From positions 25,854,001-25,918,000 of the forward strand of contig NC_086108.1 in assembly GCF_963921235.1 (NCBI RefSeq): a stretch of DNA of 64,000 bases, in the 5' to 3' direction. Positions 53,769 through 64,000 of the stretch are shown here, one piece after another; position 1 is the stretch's first letter; the number at the start of each line of letters is the position of its first letter. Under the pieces are notes generated by a model. The model ran no database searches. It saw only the letters and a program-made list of their open reading frames with translations, and was not told the DNA's origin. Both the position numbers and the translations under genes were made by a program. The stretch comes from Mobula hypostoma (lineage: Eukaryota).

Positions 53769-53806
53769 TAGTCCTGATGAAGGGTCTCGGCCCCAAACAT
53801 CAACTG
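53769..53806 (+). ncRNA. Hammerhead unit 3, probably inactive
   Basis: TAGTC CTGATGA AGGGTCTCGGCCC CAAA CA TC AACTG: GAAA changed to CAAA, and the palindrome and first stem I pair are lost. Confidence 0.65.
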
Positions 53807-54304
53807 TACCTCTTCCTAGAGATGCTGACTGGCCTGCTGCGTTCACCAGCAACTTTGATGTGTATTGCTATGACAGAATCCTGTTATTTTTGCATTTTTC
53901 CAAAATCCGCCTCCTGATCTGCAGCTCAGTGTGTCTGTTGCTATGGGCGGTGGGGAGAGGATCGTAGAGTCCTTCAATAAGTGATCGCTCCCTTCTGTTT
54001 CTGACTTCAACACATATTGACTCAGTAGACAATCCCTCCACGATGTTCTCCATTTCTGCTGCAGTGATACTATCCCTGATTTTCAATGCCACTCCCTCAC
54101 CTCTTCTACCTCCCTCTCTGTTGCTTTTGAAATATCTCAACCCCTGAACATCCAGCAACATTCCTGGCTTGTGACAGCCAAGTCTCTTTAATGGCCAGAA
54201 CATTGTTGTTCTACGTATATACTGATCCATGCTCTGATTTAATCTCCCTTCTTCCTGGTACTTCTTACATTAGAATAGAGACATCAACTCTATTCGTGCT
54301 TCAG

Positions 54305-55282
54305 ATCAGGTACAGGTATCAATTTTAACCGATGTTCCAATGACATTCTCTGCCACCTTCATCTACTGCTGCTGATTTCTCTGGATAACCCAAACATATA
54401 CACCTCCTATGCTTCTTGACGAGCATTTCAACTGTGCATCCCACCTGGCCGATATAGGCTGCTCCGCATTCACAGGGAATCTTGTAAATGCCAACAGTTC
54501 AGACCCGGAGTCTCCACGAGGAATTAAGTCAATTATGCACGGCGTTTCTACAGGATGGTGAAGGAAAATCAATCGAACCCTTAAAAGGGCTGATGGAAAA
54601 ACTAGGAAACCTAACAATGAAGAGGAACCCATCTCCCTCACCTGTCTTCACTATATTTCCACGATTTCCAGAAGGATCACCAGAATCCTGAGGAAATACA
54701 TTAGTACCATCCATAAACCTGTAAAGAAGCTCAAATCACAGCTTCTGTGGGTCAAAGGTGATTTGTGGCACAGGACAGCTTGCTTTTACAGGATTCCCTG
54801 TGAATGCAGAGCTGCGTATCTCTGCCAGACGGGACGCATGGTGGACCCACATTAAGGAGCACGGGGGATGTATCCATTTGCATTACCTGGAGAAATCAGT
54901 GGTAGCAGAGCATTACATTCACAATGGCCACAGGATTGACTTTGACGGCACAAAACTACTGTGCCTGGCTTTTGGGACTGCCTGGTGAAGAAAGCCATTG
55001 GAAACAAAACTAGAGGAAAATAATTTTAACAAAGACGAGGTCTCGCTCTAAGTAAGAACTGGAGTTTGATTGTAAACAAGGTGGCACAGCGGAAACCTGA
55101 TTAGATGTGGACCAATCAGGAGGGACGGATGGTAGGGGTATAAATACCACCAGACTGGACTTATCCAGGCTTCATCCCTGTTGAAGATAGCAGAGCGCAT
55201 CAGTTAAAATCGATAACTGTATCCGGCTGGTAGCCCAAGAAGAATTTATTTGTCATATACACCAGGAAAGGACTAGATCCTT
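54305..55282 (+). mobile_element. Penelope/Poseidon-type PLE with an inverted 5' segment
   Basis: Plus strand FYRIPCECRAAYLCQTGR...IKEH...EKSVVAEHYIHNGHRIDFDGTKLL (GIY-YIG domain, no Cys linker); 54305-54510 is an inverted copy of the terminal repeat and the GIYKIPCECGAAYIGQ region. Confidence 0.8.
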
Positions 55283-56534
55283 AAAACAGACACGTTTCAA
55301 CTCATCCAACTGACCATACTTATAGACTATCTGCTGCTGTCCTATCTCACAGTGTCTGTACACATTACATCTAACTTTACACCAAGTGCTTCATCCTCTG
55401 ACCTATCCTCTGGCCAACTAGTTGAAATCCTCCCCTAGATTTGAAACTTCCCCAGCCTCTCTGGCCAGATAATTTTACTTGATTTATTCCCATTAGTTAT
55501 AAATGTATCTGATTTATTTAAATACATATTTCTTCATGACATGAAAGAAAAGAAAAAGAAACTTTCATTTTTCATATTTTATTATTTGAGTGTCGAAGAG
55601 CAGAATTTCAGTCACAGCGAGAGGCAGCATGGGAACAGGGATTAATAGTGGATTAGTGGAAGTTGAGTGATTCATAGTCGGCATGGATTCGGTGATCTAT
55701 TGCATCCATAATGACCATCACCACCCATTTACACTGATTCCATATTCACCCCAATTTCATTCTTCGCACTTATCACTCTGTTAGGATTCAGCTCCTCACC
55801 TGAACTCTAGGGGCAATTTGCAATCACTGGGGTGCTGGAGGAAACGAGAGCACTCAGAGTAAATATAGATAGTTACAAGGAAAATGTGCAGACTCCACAA
55901 AGACAGCACCAGAGCTCAGGGTTGAACCTGGGTCTCTGATGCTGCAAGACAGCATCTCCAAGAGTTGCACCACTGTGCTTTTCAGTGTGTCAGTGATAGT
56001 TTGTAACAGCTGCAAACCTGATGCCAGGACCTTTTCAAAGATGCTCTTGCTTGGCAAGAAGTGTGATGATTGAATGCATCACAAGGGGTCATGCTGCCAA
56101 CTGACCTCCCATTAGACGGCTGCATTCAAGAATTACACTTTAAGGTAGATTGTGAGAGAAGTGTAGGCTGTTGATGATTCCATGGCTAGTGGATGATCTG
56201 CCCCCTATACCATCGCCTTCAGATCATTAAATGTCCCTGGACACTTCATTACAAGAGCATTATCTCATGAAATATAAGGGCACCCAGGTTAATTGTAGAA
56301 TGAGGACTGCGAACAGATTATTGAACATGGGTCTATCATTGAACCTGTGATCTCAGTTCAGCCATCCAGTAAAACAAGTGGGAGTGCGAAGTTTCTCTGC
56401 CAAATGAATAAACAGTGAACCCTTGGCCCTTTTTCACTACGCTGTCCACCAGTCATTCTTTATCCATTCTGGTTCTCTTCAGTTTATTCATCTAAGAAAT
56501 CAACTCTGGCTGATGGAGGAAGAAAGAATGATAG

Positions 56535-56620
56535 ATAGAGAGAAAGGGAGAGAAGAGAGAACAGAAAGAGAGAGTGAGAGGGAGGGAGAGAGAGAGAGAG
56601 AGAGAGAGCGAACGAGAGAA
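56535..56620. repeat. (GA)n-rich microsatellite
   Basis: Directly visible GA tract. Confidence 0.9.
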
Positions 56621-57644
56621 ACTCTTAAATGCTTCTTCTGCTTTTGTTGATTGAGTATGCCATCTTCTCTTTTAAGTCTCTGACCCAGAGGCACAGAAGA
56701 ACATCTCAGTAACTCACGAAATTCTGATAAATGTGCCCTGAGCCAAACACACAAGTGTTTTCATGCAGTACGATATTACAAAAGATGGAAAGTGAACAGT
56801 GGAAGTTGCAGTGGGCTACGACGTCATCCCTTTTTATATGCAGCTGGAATCCATATATTGATAGGCAGGATGCAGATTTCCACTGACCAACAGTGGTAGA
56901 TGTCTGAAGGCATTCTCTTTACTCTTTGCCTGTAAAGAATCAGTTCACAAGGACTCTGAAACTTTGCATTAATTGAGTTCCTCCTGGAAGCATCTGAATG
57001 GAAATTATTGCACAGGGGACTGGACAGAGATTGGGATTGAAGCATTCAGCTGGGATGAATTTAAAACCACATTGACTTCTAGCAGCTGACATGACAGGGA
57101 ATTTGTAACAGGTGATGGAAAGAAACTACACTGCATAAAATATAGGGTTGTGATCAGAAGGAAAAAGTTCTCATACATTTCAAAGATTTATTTTGAGGCA
57201 AACAATGGATAGCATTTTGGAGAAGCTGTGCACACTTTCACGTAGGTTAGGTTTTGTCCAATTTATTTTTTGCTTTTAGTAACCAATACGATGTGTCAGA
57301 CAGGGAGTGAGGAATCTCAAATGATTAAACCAATAGCATGTGAAGGACAATATGTAGCCTCACTCCAGGACCAGGTTCTCCTGTCTTGAGGATGTTGCCC
57401 TTTGGGCTCTCCATGATCTTCACAATATATGACTTGTATATTCCATACCTCCTTAATTTTTGTTTGCCTTCCAGGTACTGGAGTGTTTCCAGCAGATCTG
57501 TGTAGAAGTTTTCCTCACTTAGTTTGTGGATGGGCTCACAGTGTAATGCACAGATGTACAATGGATATTTGAACTGGGTCATGGATTCAGAGTTGCCTGT
57601 CTGTGTGTAATGTATAATTGGTTTAAGAGATGTTGCTGCCCCTA

Positions 57645-58480
57645 TTTAAAATACAATGTTGGAAAATGCATGGTCATGCACTTTGGTAGTAGAAATAAAT
57701 GTGCAGACTATTTTCGAAATGGGGAGAAAATCCAGGAATTTGAGATGCAGAGGGACTTGAGAGTCCTTGTGCAGAACACCCAGAAGGTTATCTTGCAGTT
57801 TGAGTTGGTGGTGAGGAAGGCAAATGTCATGTTAGTATTTATTTCAAGAGGTCTAGAATGCAAGAGCAAGGATATGATGCTGAGAATTTATAAGGCACTG
57901 GTGAGGCCTGACCTTTAGTATTGTGAACAGTTTTGGGCAGCTTATCTTAGAAAAGGTGCTGGCATTGGAGAGGGTCCAGAGGAGGTTCACAAGGATGGTT
58001 CTTGGAATGAAAGGGTTATCATCTGAGGAACAGTTGATGGCTATGGGTCTGTACTCGCTGGATTTCAGAAGGATGAGGGGGGATCTCATTGAAACCTTTC
58101 GAATGTTGAAAGGCCTAGACAGTGTAGATGTGGAAAGGATATTTCCCATGATAGGAGAGTTTAGGACAAGAGGGCACAGCCTCAGGAGAGAGAGGCACCC
58201 TTTCAAAACAGAGATGCAGAGAAATTTCTTTAGCCAAAGGGTGGTGAATTTGTGGAATTTGTTGCCACATGCAGCTGTGGAGGCCAGGTCACTGGGTGTA
58301 TTGAAGGCAGAGATTGATAGGTTCTTGATTGGACATGACATTAAAGTTTATGGGGAGAACCTGGGAACTGGGATTGAGGAGGAGATAGAAAAGAAGGATC
58401 AGCCATGATTGAATGGCAGAGCAGACTCGATGGGCCAGATGGCCTAATTCTGCTGCTATGCCTTATGGTTTTATGGTCTT
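57645..58480 (+). mobile_element. CR1 LINE 3' part
   Basis: Reads NVGKCMVMHFG...ERVQRRFTRM...TRGHSL...FFSQRVVNLWNLLP; TTATGG tail. Confidence 0.9.
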
Positions 58481-60759
58481 ATTTCATAACATGATGTGCT
58501 GCTTCTCATATTCTGGTGACAATTCTGTCCTACTATTCAGGTGCTAAGGGGCAGTGGGACAACAGACTTCCTAAATGCGTGCCTCCTGGGGTTGGTTTAT
58601 GTGGCCACTCACAAGTTCAGGCAGTAGGCCTTCAAAGAGTCTATCCATCCTGACTGTCTAATCCTCGTTAGGACTTCTTTCTTGCCCAGGATTCATTCAT
58701 CTGGGAGCTTGTGGTATACTTGAGGTGCATGACTTTGAGCTTGGATTACAAAGTGAACACTAAGTTAAGATTATAAGGTCACAGAGTCATTGAGTCATGC
58801 TTCCTGGAAGCAGAGCCTTCAGCCTAGTTGTTCCATGTCAACCTAGATGCCCTATCCAAGATAGACCAAGGGTTTGGCCCATAAACTTCAAATCTTTCCA
58901 ATCCATATGTGTGCCTAACAAGATTCTAATGTTTATTTATTTAGAATATTGTTCCTCAAGCTGATGAGTAGAAGACTCAGTTCTCTTGTTCCTCTGCCAA
59001 AGTTAAACTGTTACTCTATAATCAAAAATCAGATTGGATTCAGATTCTCAATAGCTCAAGCACTTTTCATGAATAATGAGAATTGATTGGAAATAAAACT
59101 TAGCATTGAAGATGTGTCATTCTCTCTGTATTAAACGTAATATGAGTTAAGAACAATAGTTGTTATTGTTTGAAAATTTAAAAAAATAACTGCAGATGTT
59201 GGAAATCTGAAATAAAAACAGCAAGGCCATTATCAATTGTTATTTTATGTTTGGCACTCATTTAAGAATTGTGCTGTGTTACTAACTGCTCTCTGGACTG
59301 TTAAAAAAAATGGAATGTTCTGAAGGCAACCTTTGAAGGGTGCTGGACTAAACAACTCAGAGTTTGAGCTCCATGTGTCTCATGTCTATAAGGCTGTAAA
59401 CTCTGCAGTGCAAATTACACTGGCAAATCAAAGCTACAATCATGTTGTGTACCACACTGTGTCAGGAATCATTCACAGCATCAGTAATTGAGGGGGAAAG
59501 GCAGTAATCACACTTAAAACAGCTTTCAAGCACTTGTCAACTGTGACTCACAATCTAAGATACATGAAAACATTACTATGCAAACAAAGGTAGAGTTCAG
59601 GCAGAGGACAGATACTTAACACAGTTTTCATCCTTTCTGTTAAACCTATTTTTCTATCACTTGGACGTAACAGTAGTATATGGTTCCCGAATGGTGCAAA
59701 TATTCTGCAGTGCCATTTGAGTGTCCTTGTAGAACCAAAAGATTTTCTTCAGATCTTTAAATTTTCAGAAAACCATCTTTTGTAGTTGGTGAGAGGACCT
59801 AATAGCTATTTCTTGTTCCTGTCTTCAATAGACCAGCTGCCTGCATGTCAGACAAACCCCAAACCATTGAATTAATAGAAATGACAGTGCTACCATTCCA
59901 AGCACAGTTTCACATGATGCTTTATTACCAATATTATCGTTATTCTCAACTCAACCAATTCAGCTAATTGGAGAGTAAACTGCTGAACATCTCCTCGGTC
60001 ACTGCCAATGCCAATCCCTGTTTATGATCTTCCCTAAAATAGTTTGGCATTTATGTCCTGAAAACCAATCTGGTGTCTGAGGCAGAACAACTGGATAGCT
60101 TGATGCCTTCATCCAGACCAGAGATGGCATGTTGCTAAAAATAGGACTTCAGTGTACAATATCAGCATGAGCAAGAATCAAAAGTGGAGAGCCAACTGCA
60201 CTTTCAGTTACTTGATTATTATTGTAGTTTTGGTTCCTTTCAATGATGTGCCTTCAGTATAGAAATAACGTTGTTGGTTTTCCTGCCATCATCTCCAGGA
60301 CGCTTCTAAGCGGCTAGCCGCCAACATAACAACTGTGTTCCAACTTAACTTGGATCCTAAGAGATAAGACGTATTTCCAATAACCATGTGTAGTTGCCAA
60401 GAGACTATTTCACTGGCTGCAAATTATCTAAAGATTTATACAACATGCAGTATAGAAGCTGCCACCATCAACAGCTCGCAATGTTCAGTGCCGGTCACCC
60501 TGCTAACTATCAGCTCCACAGTCTGGAGGTGTCCTAGCAACAAAGTGAAGAGCAATGATGCCCAGGGAGACAATTAGGATCATAAAGAATTTTAAACAAT
60601 TGGAAAGCATAAAACTGTGTAACCCTTAGTTAGCTTTAATCAGAAATAACAGAGCTCCTAGTTGTATTAATTTTGATTCTCCAGTACTTGGTCTTATGAG
60701 CAGTAGTAGTGAGTACAATACATTGGAGTATATTTCAATCTTTTGTGAGTGTACAAACA

Positions 60760-61075
60760 TTAAAATGGGGAAGGAATGTGACCTAAGTGACTTTGATTGT
60801 GAAATCATCTTGGTGCCAGATTGGGTGGTTTGAGTATCTCAGTAACAGCTGATCTTCTGAGATTTTCACACAACAGTCTCTAGAGTTTACAGAGAATGGT
60901 ATGAAAACCGAAAAAAAAAATTGTGAGCAGCAGTTCTGTGGGCGAAAATGTCTTATTAATGAAAGAATGGCCAGACTGGTTCAAGCAGACAGGAAGATGA
61001 CAATAAATCAAATGACCACGCATTACAACAGTGGTGTGCAGAAGAGTACCTAATGAAGTGGCCACACAGTACAGG
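60760..61075 (+). mobile_element. Internally deleted Tc1 transposon
   Basis: MGKECDLSDFD...LSISVTADLL.FS..TVSRVYREW paired-type HTH, then the TIR-like ACCTAATGAAGTGGCCAC. Confidence 0.8.
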
Positions 61076-62082
61076 TGCAGCAAAGACACTGGAGTCTATG
61101 GTCTCATATTTGTACTACCCACAAATACGGAGGTATTTTCACAGTAGCTATGATTGAATGTGAGAAACATTTTCGGTCCACATTGATTGAACTTTAACCA
61201 TCAGACCTAACTCTCCTGGCACCTGGTCCTTCTCCCCAAGATCCAGTTCAAATAAAATACCTCAGATTTTGGACTTAACCCAATTAAATTTGGTGCCGTG
61301 ACTACAGCTTCTCTTCCAAACTGCTCTGTAAGGCTGCACCAATGATGCAAACAAGGGAAGATGCTCCAGGGATCACAGTTAGAGCTTGATGGGGAAGTAG
61401 GGGTCGAAACACAGCTGGTAGAGTAATGGGGGTGGGGGAGTAAGATAAAGATTGGGACATAGCAAGGCTGAAATAGCAGTGCCATTTATGTTAATTGATA
61501 GTTCTGTGTGATAGTTCACATTGTAGGTTATCAAGGACGGAGATAATTGATATATGATGAGGTGTAGGCAAGCAGTGGTAAAATGAGCTGAAATGTGTAA
61601 GGATGGAGAAAACGAAGCCCGGCAGGAGAGCTTTGGAGTAGTTGGGTTTAAATGTGACCATGTATGGATTGGCTACTAATAACAGATAGATGTGGGAGGA
61701 CAGGGGCAGACAATATTGAGGGTATCATGGCTGTCAGCATCTGCCCTTGCCATTTCCACCAGGTAATTTCTACTTCTGCACTTATATGGAAATTAACCTT
61801 AGATTTGGGTTTTAGTTTTCACCTTTTCTTCACAGTCTCTGGTTCAGCACTGACTTCTTCCTTTTTTTCTTCAACTTATCTACCTCCAGTATTGAGGCTG
61901 CCAGTGACTATTTCCTGCTCTAAGACTGGTGACTCCCAGGGCTAACTTGAATATAGTTTTCCCATTCAGCATCTGTAGGGATTCTGATTCATCTCCATTT
62001 TCTATGATTTCACGCTGAGTGTACCAACGATACTACCAACTGTACCCATGTTTATGTTAGATCTTCCTGTTTCCTTACCAAG

Positions 62083-62371
62083 AATTTTCCACCACTCTGC
62101 TAGTCATACCATTGACCGTGTCCATTCACAATTCTCCACCACTCTGCTGGTTGGGCCTTTGAGCATGTCCATTTACAATTCTTCACCACTCTTCTGGCCA
62201 GGCCTTGACTGTGTCCAGTTACAATTCTCCACCACTCTGCTAGTCATGCCATCAAACATGTTCATTTACAATCCTCCACCACTCTGCTGATCGTATCCTT
62301 GACTATGTTCATTTACAATTTTCCTGCACTCTGCTGGTTGGGCCCTTGACAATGTCCACGGCCAACTTACA
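62083..62371. repeat. ~47-bp minisatellite, six diverged units
   Basis: Repeating AATTCTCCACCACTCTGCT...TTGAC..TGTCCATTTAC with unit lengths 47, 47, 46, 47, 47 and ~54. Confidence 0.9.
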
Positions 62372-62637
62372 ACCTTTTCCCTCTCCCATCGAGAACTGCA
62401 GCAGGTTTTCCCTTATCCTTTCTCTCCACCACATTCCACAGATGCTATGTGCACCAAATATACTTTCCTCTTTCTTTCTCTTACAGCATTTTAATGTACT
62501 GTTTATTGCTGGCGTAGGTTGCTGCTCGGTTATAACCAACAGTCTGTCCTCACATATCCCCTGCATGCACAAGTCGCTCATTCTGGATTCCAAACAGTCC
62601 TTCCACATCAGACAGCAATTTGGCATTTACTTCTTTC

Positions 62638-63215
62638 CAGAATCAGAATCAGGTTTAATATCACCAGCATATGTCATGATATTTATTGTCTTTGTGGCTG
62701 CAATATAATGCAATGCATAATAATAGAGAAAAGACTGTGAATTACAGCAAGTATAGATTTTAAACAGTTAAGTTGAATAAGTAGTGGAAGAATTTTAAAA
62801 AGTAGTGCGGTAGTGTTCATGGGTTCATACTCCATTGAAAAGTCGGATATCTGAGGGGAAGAGCTGTTCCTGAATCAATGAGTGTGTGTCTTCCTGTACC
62901 TCCTTCCTGGTGGTAGTAATGAGAACAAGGCATGGCCTGGGTGATGGGGGTCATGATGGATGCCACCCTTCTGAGGCATCGCTCCTTGCAGGTGTCCTGC
63001 ATACCTTGGAGGCTAGTGCCCATGATGGAGCCAACTAATTTTATAACTCTCTACAGCTTATTTCAATCCTGTGCAGTAGACCCCCAACCCCACATACCAG
63101 ACAATGATGCAACCAGTTAGAATTCTCTCCACGGTACATCAGTAAAATTTTTTGAATGTTTTTGTTGGCATACCAAATCTCCTCAAACTCTCAGTGAAAT
63201 ATAGCTGCTGTTGTG
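62638..63215 (-). mobile_element. Rex1/Babar LINE 3' part
   Basis: (CAGAAT)n tail; reads QDTCKERCLRRVASI. Confidence 0.8.
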
Positions 63216-63669
63216 TCCATGTTGACCATTTCATTTATTATTCATATTTCTGTCTTTTCCACAAAAGGAAAACCAAATGCAAATGTGGTTATTGTTCTTT
63301 CTAAATGTATCCGTTCTGTCTGGCCCTGACATTCCAGTGCTGACATTTTTCCCCAGTAACAGATCTGAGAGTATTTCTGCTACTTTCATTTACACTTCCT
63401 GAAAAACTCACTTTTGCCTCTTTTGAATTGAATGGCCTTTACCTTTGTCAGTTCATCACTGCAGTTCTTCTGTTCGATTTTCTCTTCTTCTCACCCCTTT
63501 CCCTTTCTCTGCACTTGAGTAAAACTTGATGTACATCTCACATTTCCCCAGTTCTGATGCAAAGTTATTAATCTGAAATTTAAATCTGTTTTCCCTCCAC
63601 AGAGACTGAGGGATCCATTAAGTATTTCAAAAATTTGCAATGCTCTTCTGTATATTTCCTTCTGACAGC

Positions 63670-63925
63670 TTTTCTTTCTCCATCTCCCTCTCTCTCTCTC
63701 TCTGGTACTTCAAGTTTTTGAGTCTCTCTGTCTCTCTCGGTTGATGCATGGCATTCTATATTAAAATATAGGTCTCTCTATCTTTTTTTACAGCTCTCCT
63801 TTGTTCCCCTCCAACTACTTGAATCTCAATCTCTCTCTCTCTCTCTTCCCCCTTCTCCCTCTCCCTGTCCCTCTGTCCCTTTCTCTCTCTCTCTCTCTCT
63901 ATCTCTCCACATGTAGCTCTCTCAG
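63670..63925. repeat. (CT)n-rich simple repeats
   Basis: Several directly visible CT tracts. Confidence 0.85.
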
Positions 63926-64000
63926 TCATTGTACAGTTCTGCTTTTGTGTCGAGGGTAGCCATTACTATCTGTGTGTGGGTGGCTTGCCTAATAATATGT

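Larger units (their letters stand above)
53560..53867 (+). mobile_element. Non-coding PLE-derived insertion with three tandem hammerhead units
   Basis: 15-bp TSD CTATGACAGAATCCT (53545-53559, 53868-53882); inner 13-bp direct repeat TAGCTAATCTCTT (53563-53575, 53738-53750). Confidence 0.9.
47505..54290 (-). mobile_element. Old CR1 LINE fragmented by six later insertions
   Basis: Collinear CR1 pieces at 47505-48635, 49457-49531, 50015-50340, 50585-50680, 52671-53047, 53369-53559 and 53868-54290, running from the 3' UTR through RT (IEFFEEVT, QGSVLGP) to EN (REGGRRGEGVAL). Confidence 0.85.

Noticed and set aside
57325..57582. 85-aa ORF with a weak KSYIVK motif reminiscent of Gypsy integrase tails
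   Set aside because: Too little similarity to support a call; no LTR or other pol motifs nearby.
62083..62371. CRISPR-like repeat/spacer appearance
   Set aside because: The variable parts are homologous to each other and only ~20 bp long, there are no cas genes, and the context is vertebrate; it is a minisatellite.

Overview
Vertebrate genomic DNA; the repeat families suggest a cartilaginous fish, probably a ray (inference). Only one host coding exon is recognisable: a 188-bp minus-strand exon (1606-1793) of astrotactin-1 (ASTN1). No upstream ASTN1 coding exon was found, so the remaining ~62 kb is most simply ASTN1 intron. It is densely filled with transposable elements: CR1, Rex1/Babar and RTE LINEs, tRNA-derived SINEs, two solo LTRs, a Charlie-type hAT, Tc1 derivatives and two clades of Penelope-like elements (PLEs). 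The most interesting signal is a family of PLE terminal repeats carrying a minimal type I hammerhead ribozyme (TAGTC-CTGACGA-A-GGGT-CTCG-GCCY-GAAA-CG-TC-GACTG). One 308-bp non-coding insertion (53560-53867) is bounded by a perfect 15-bp target-site duplication. It holds two intact hammerheads 58 nt apart plus a third, dead one, so it is a candidate dimeric-ribozyme, retrozyme-like mini-element. Repeat family names come from recognised motifs, not from database searches. Most repeat boundaries are approximate unless a TSD is quoted.
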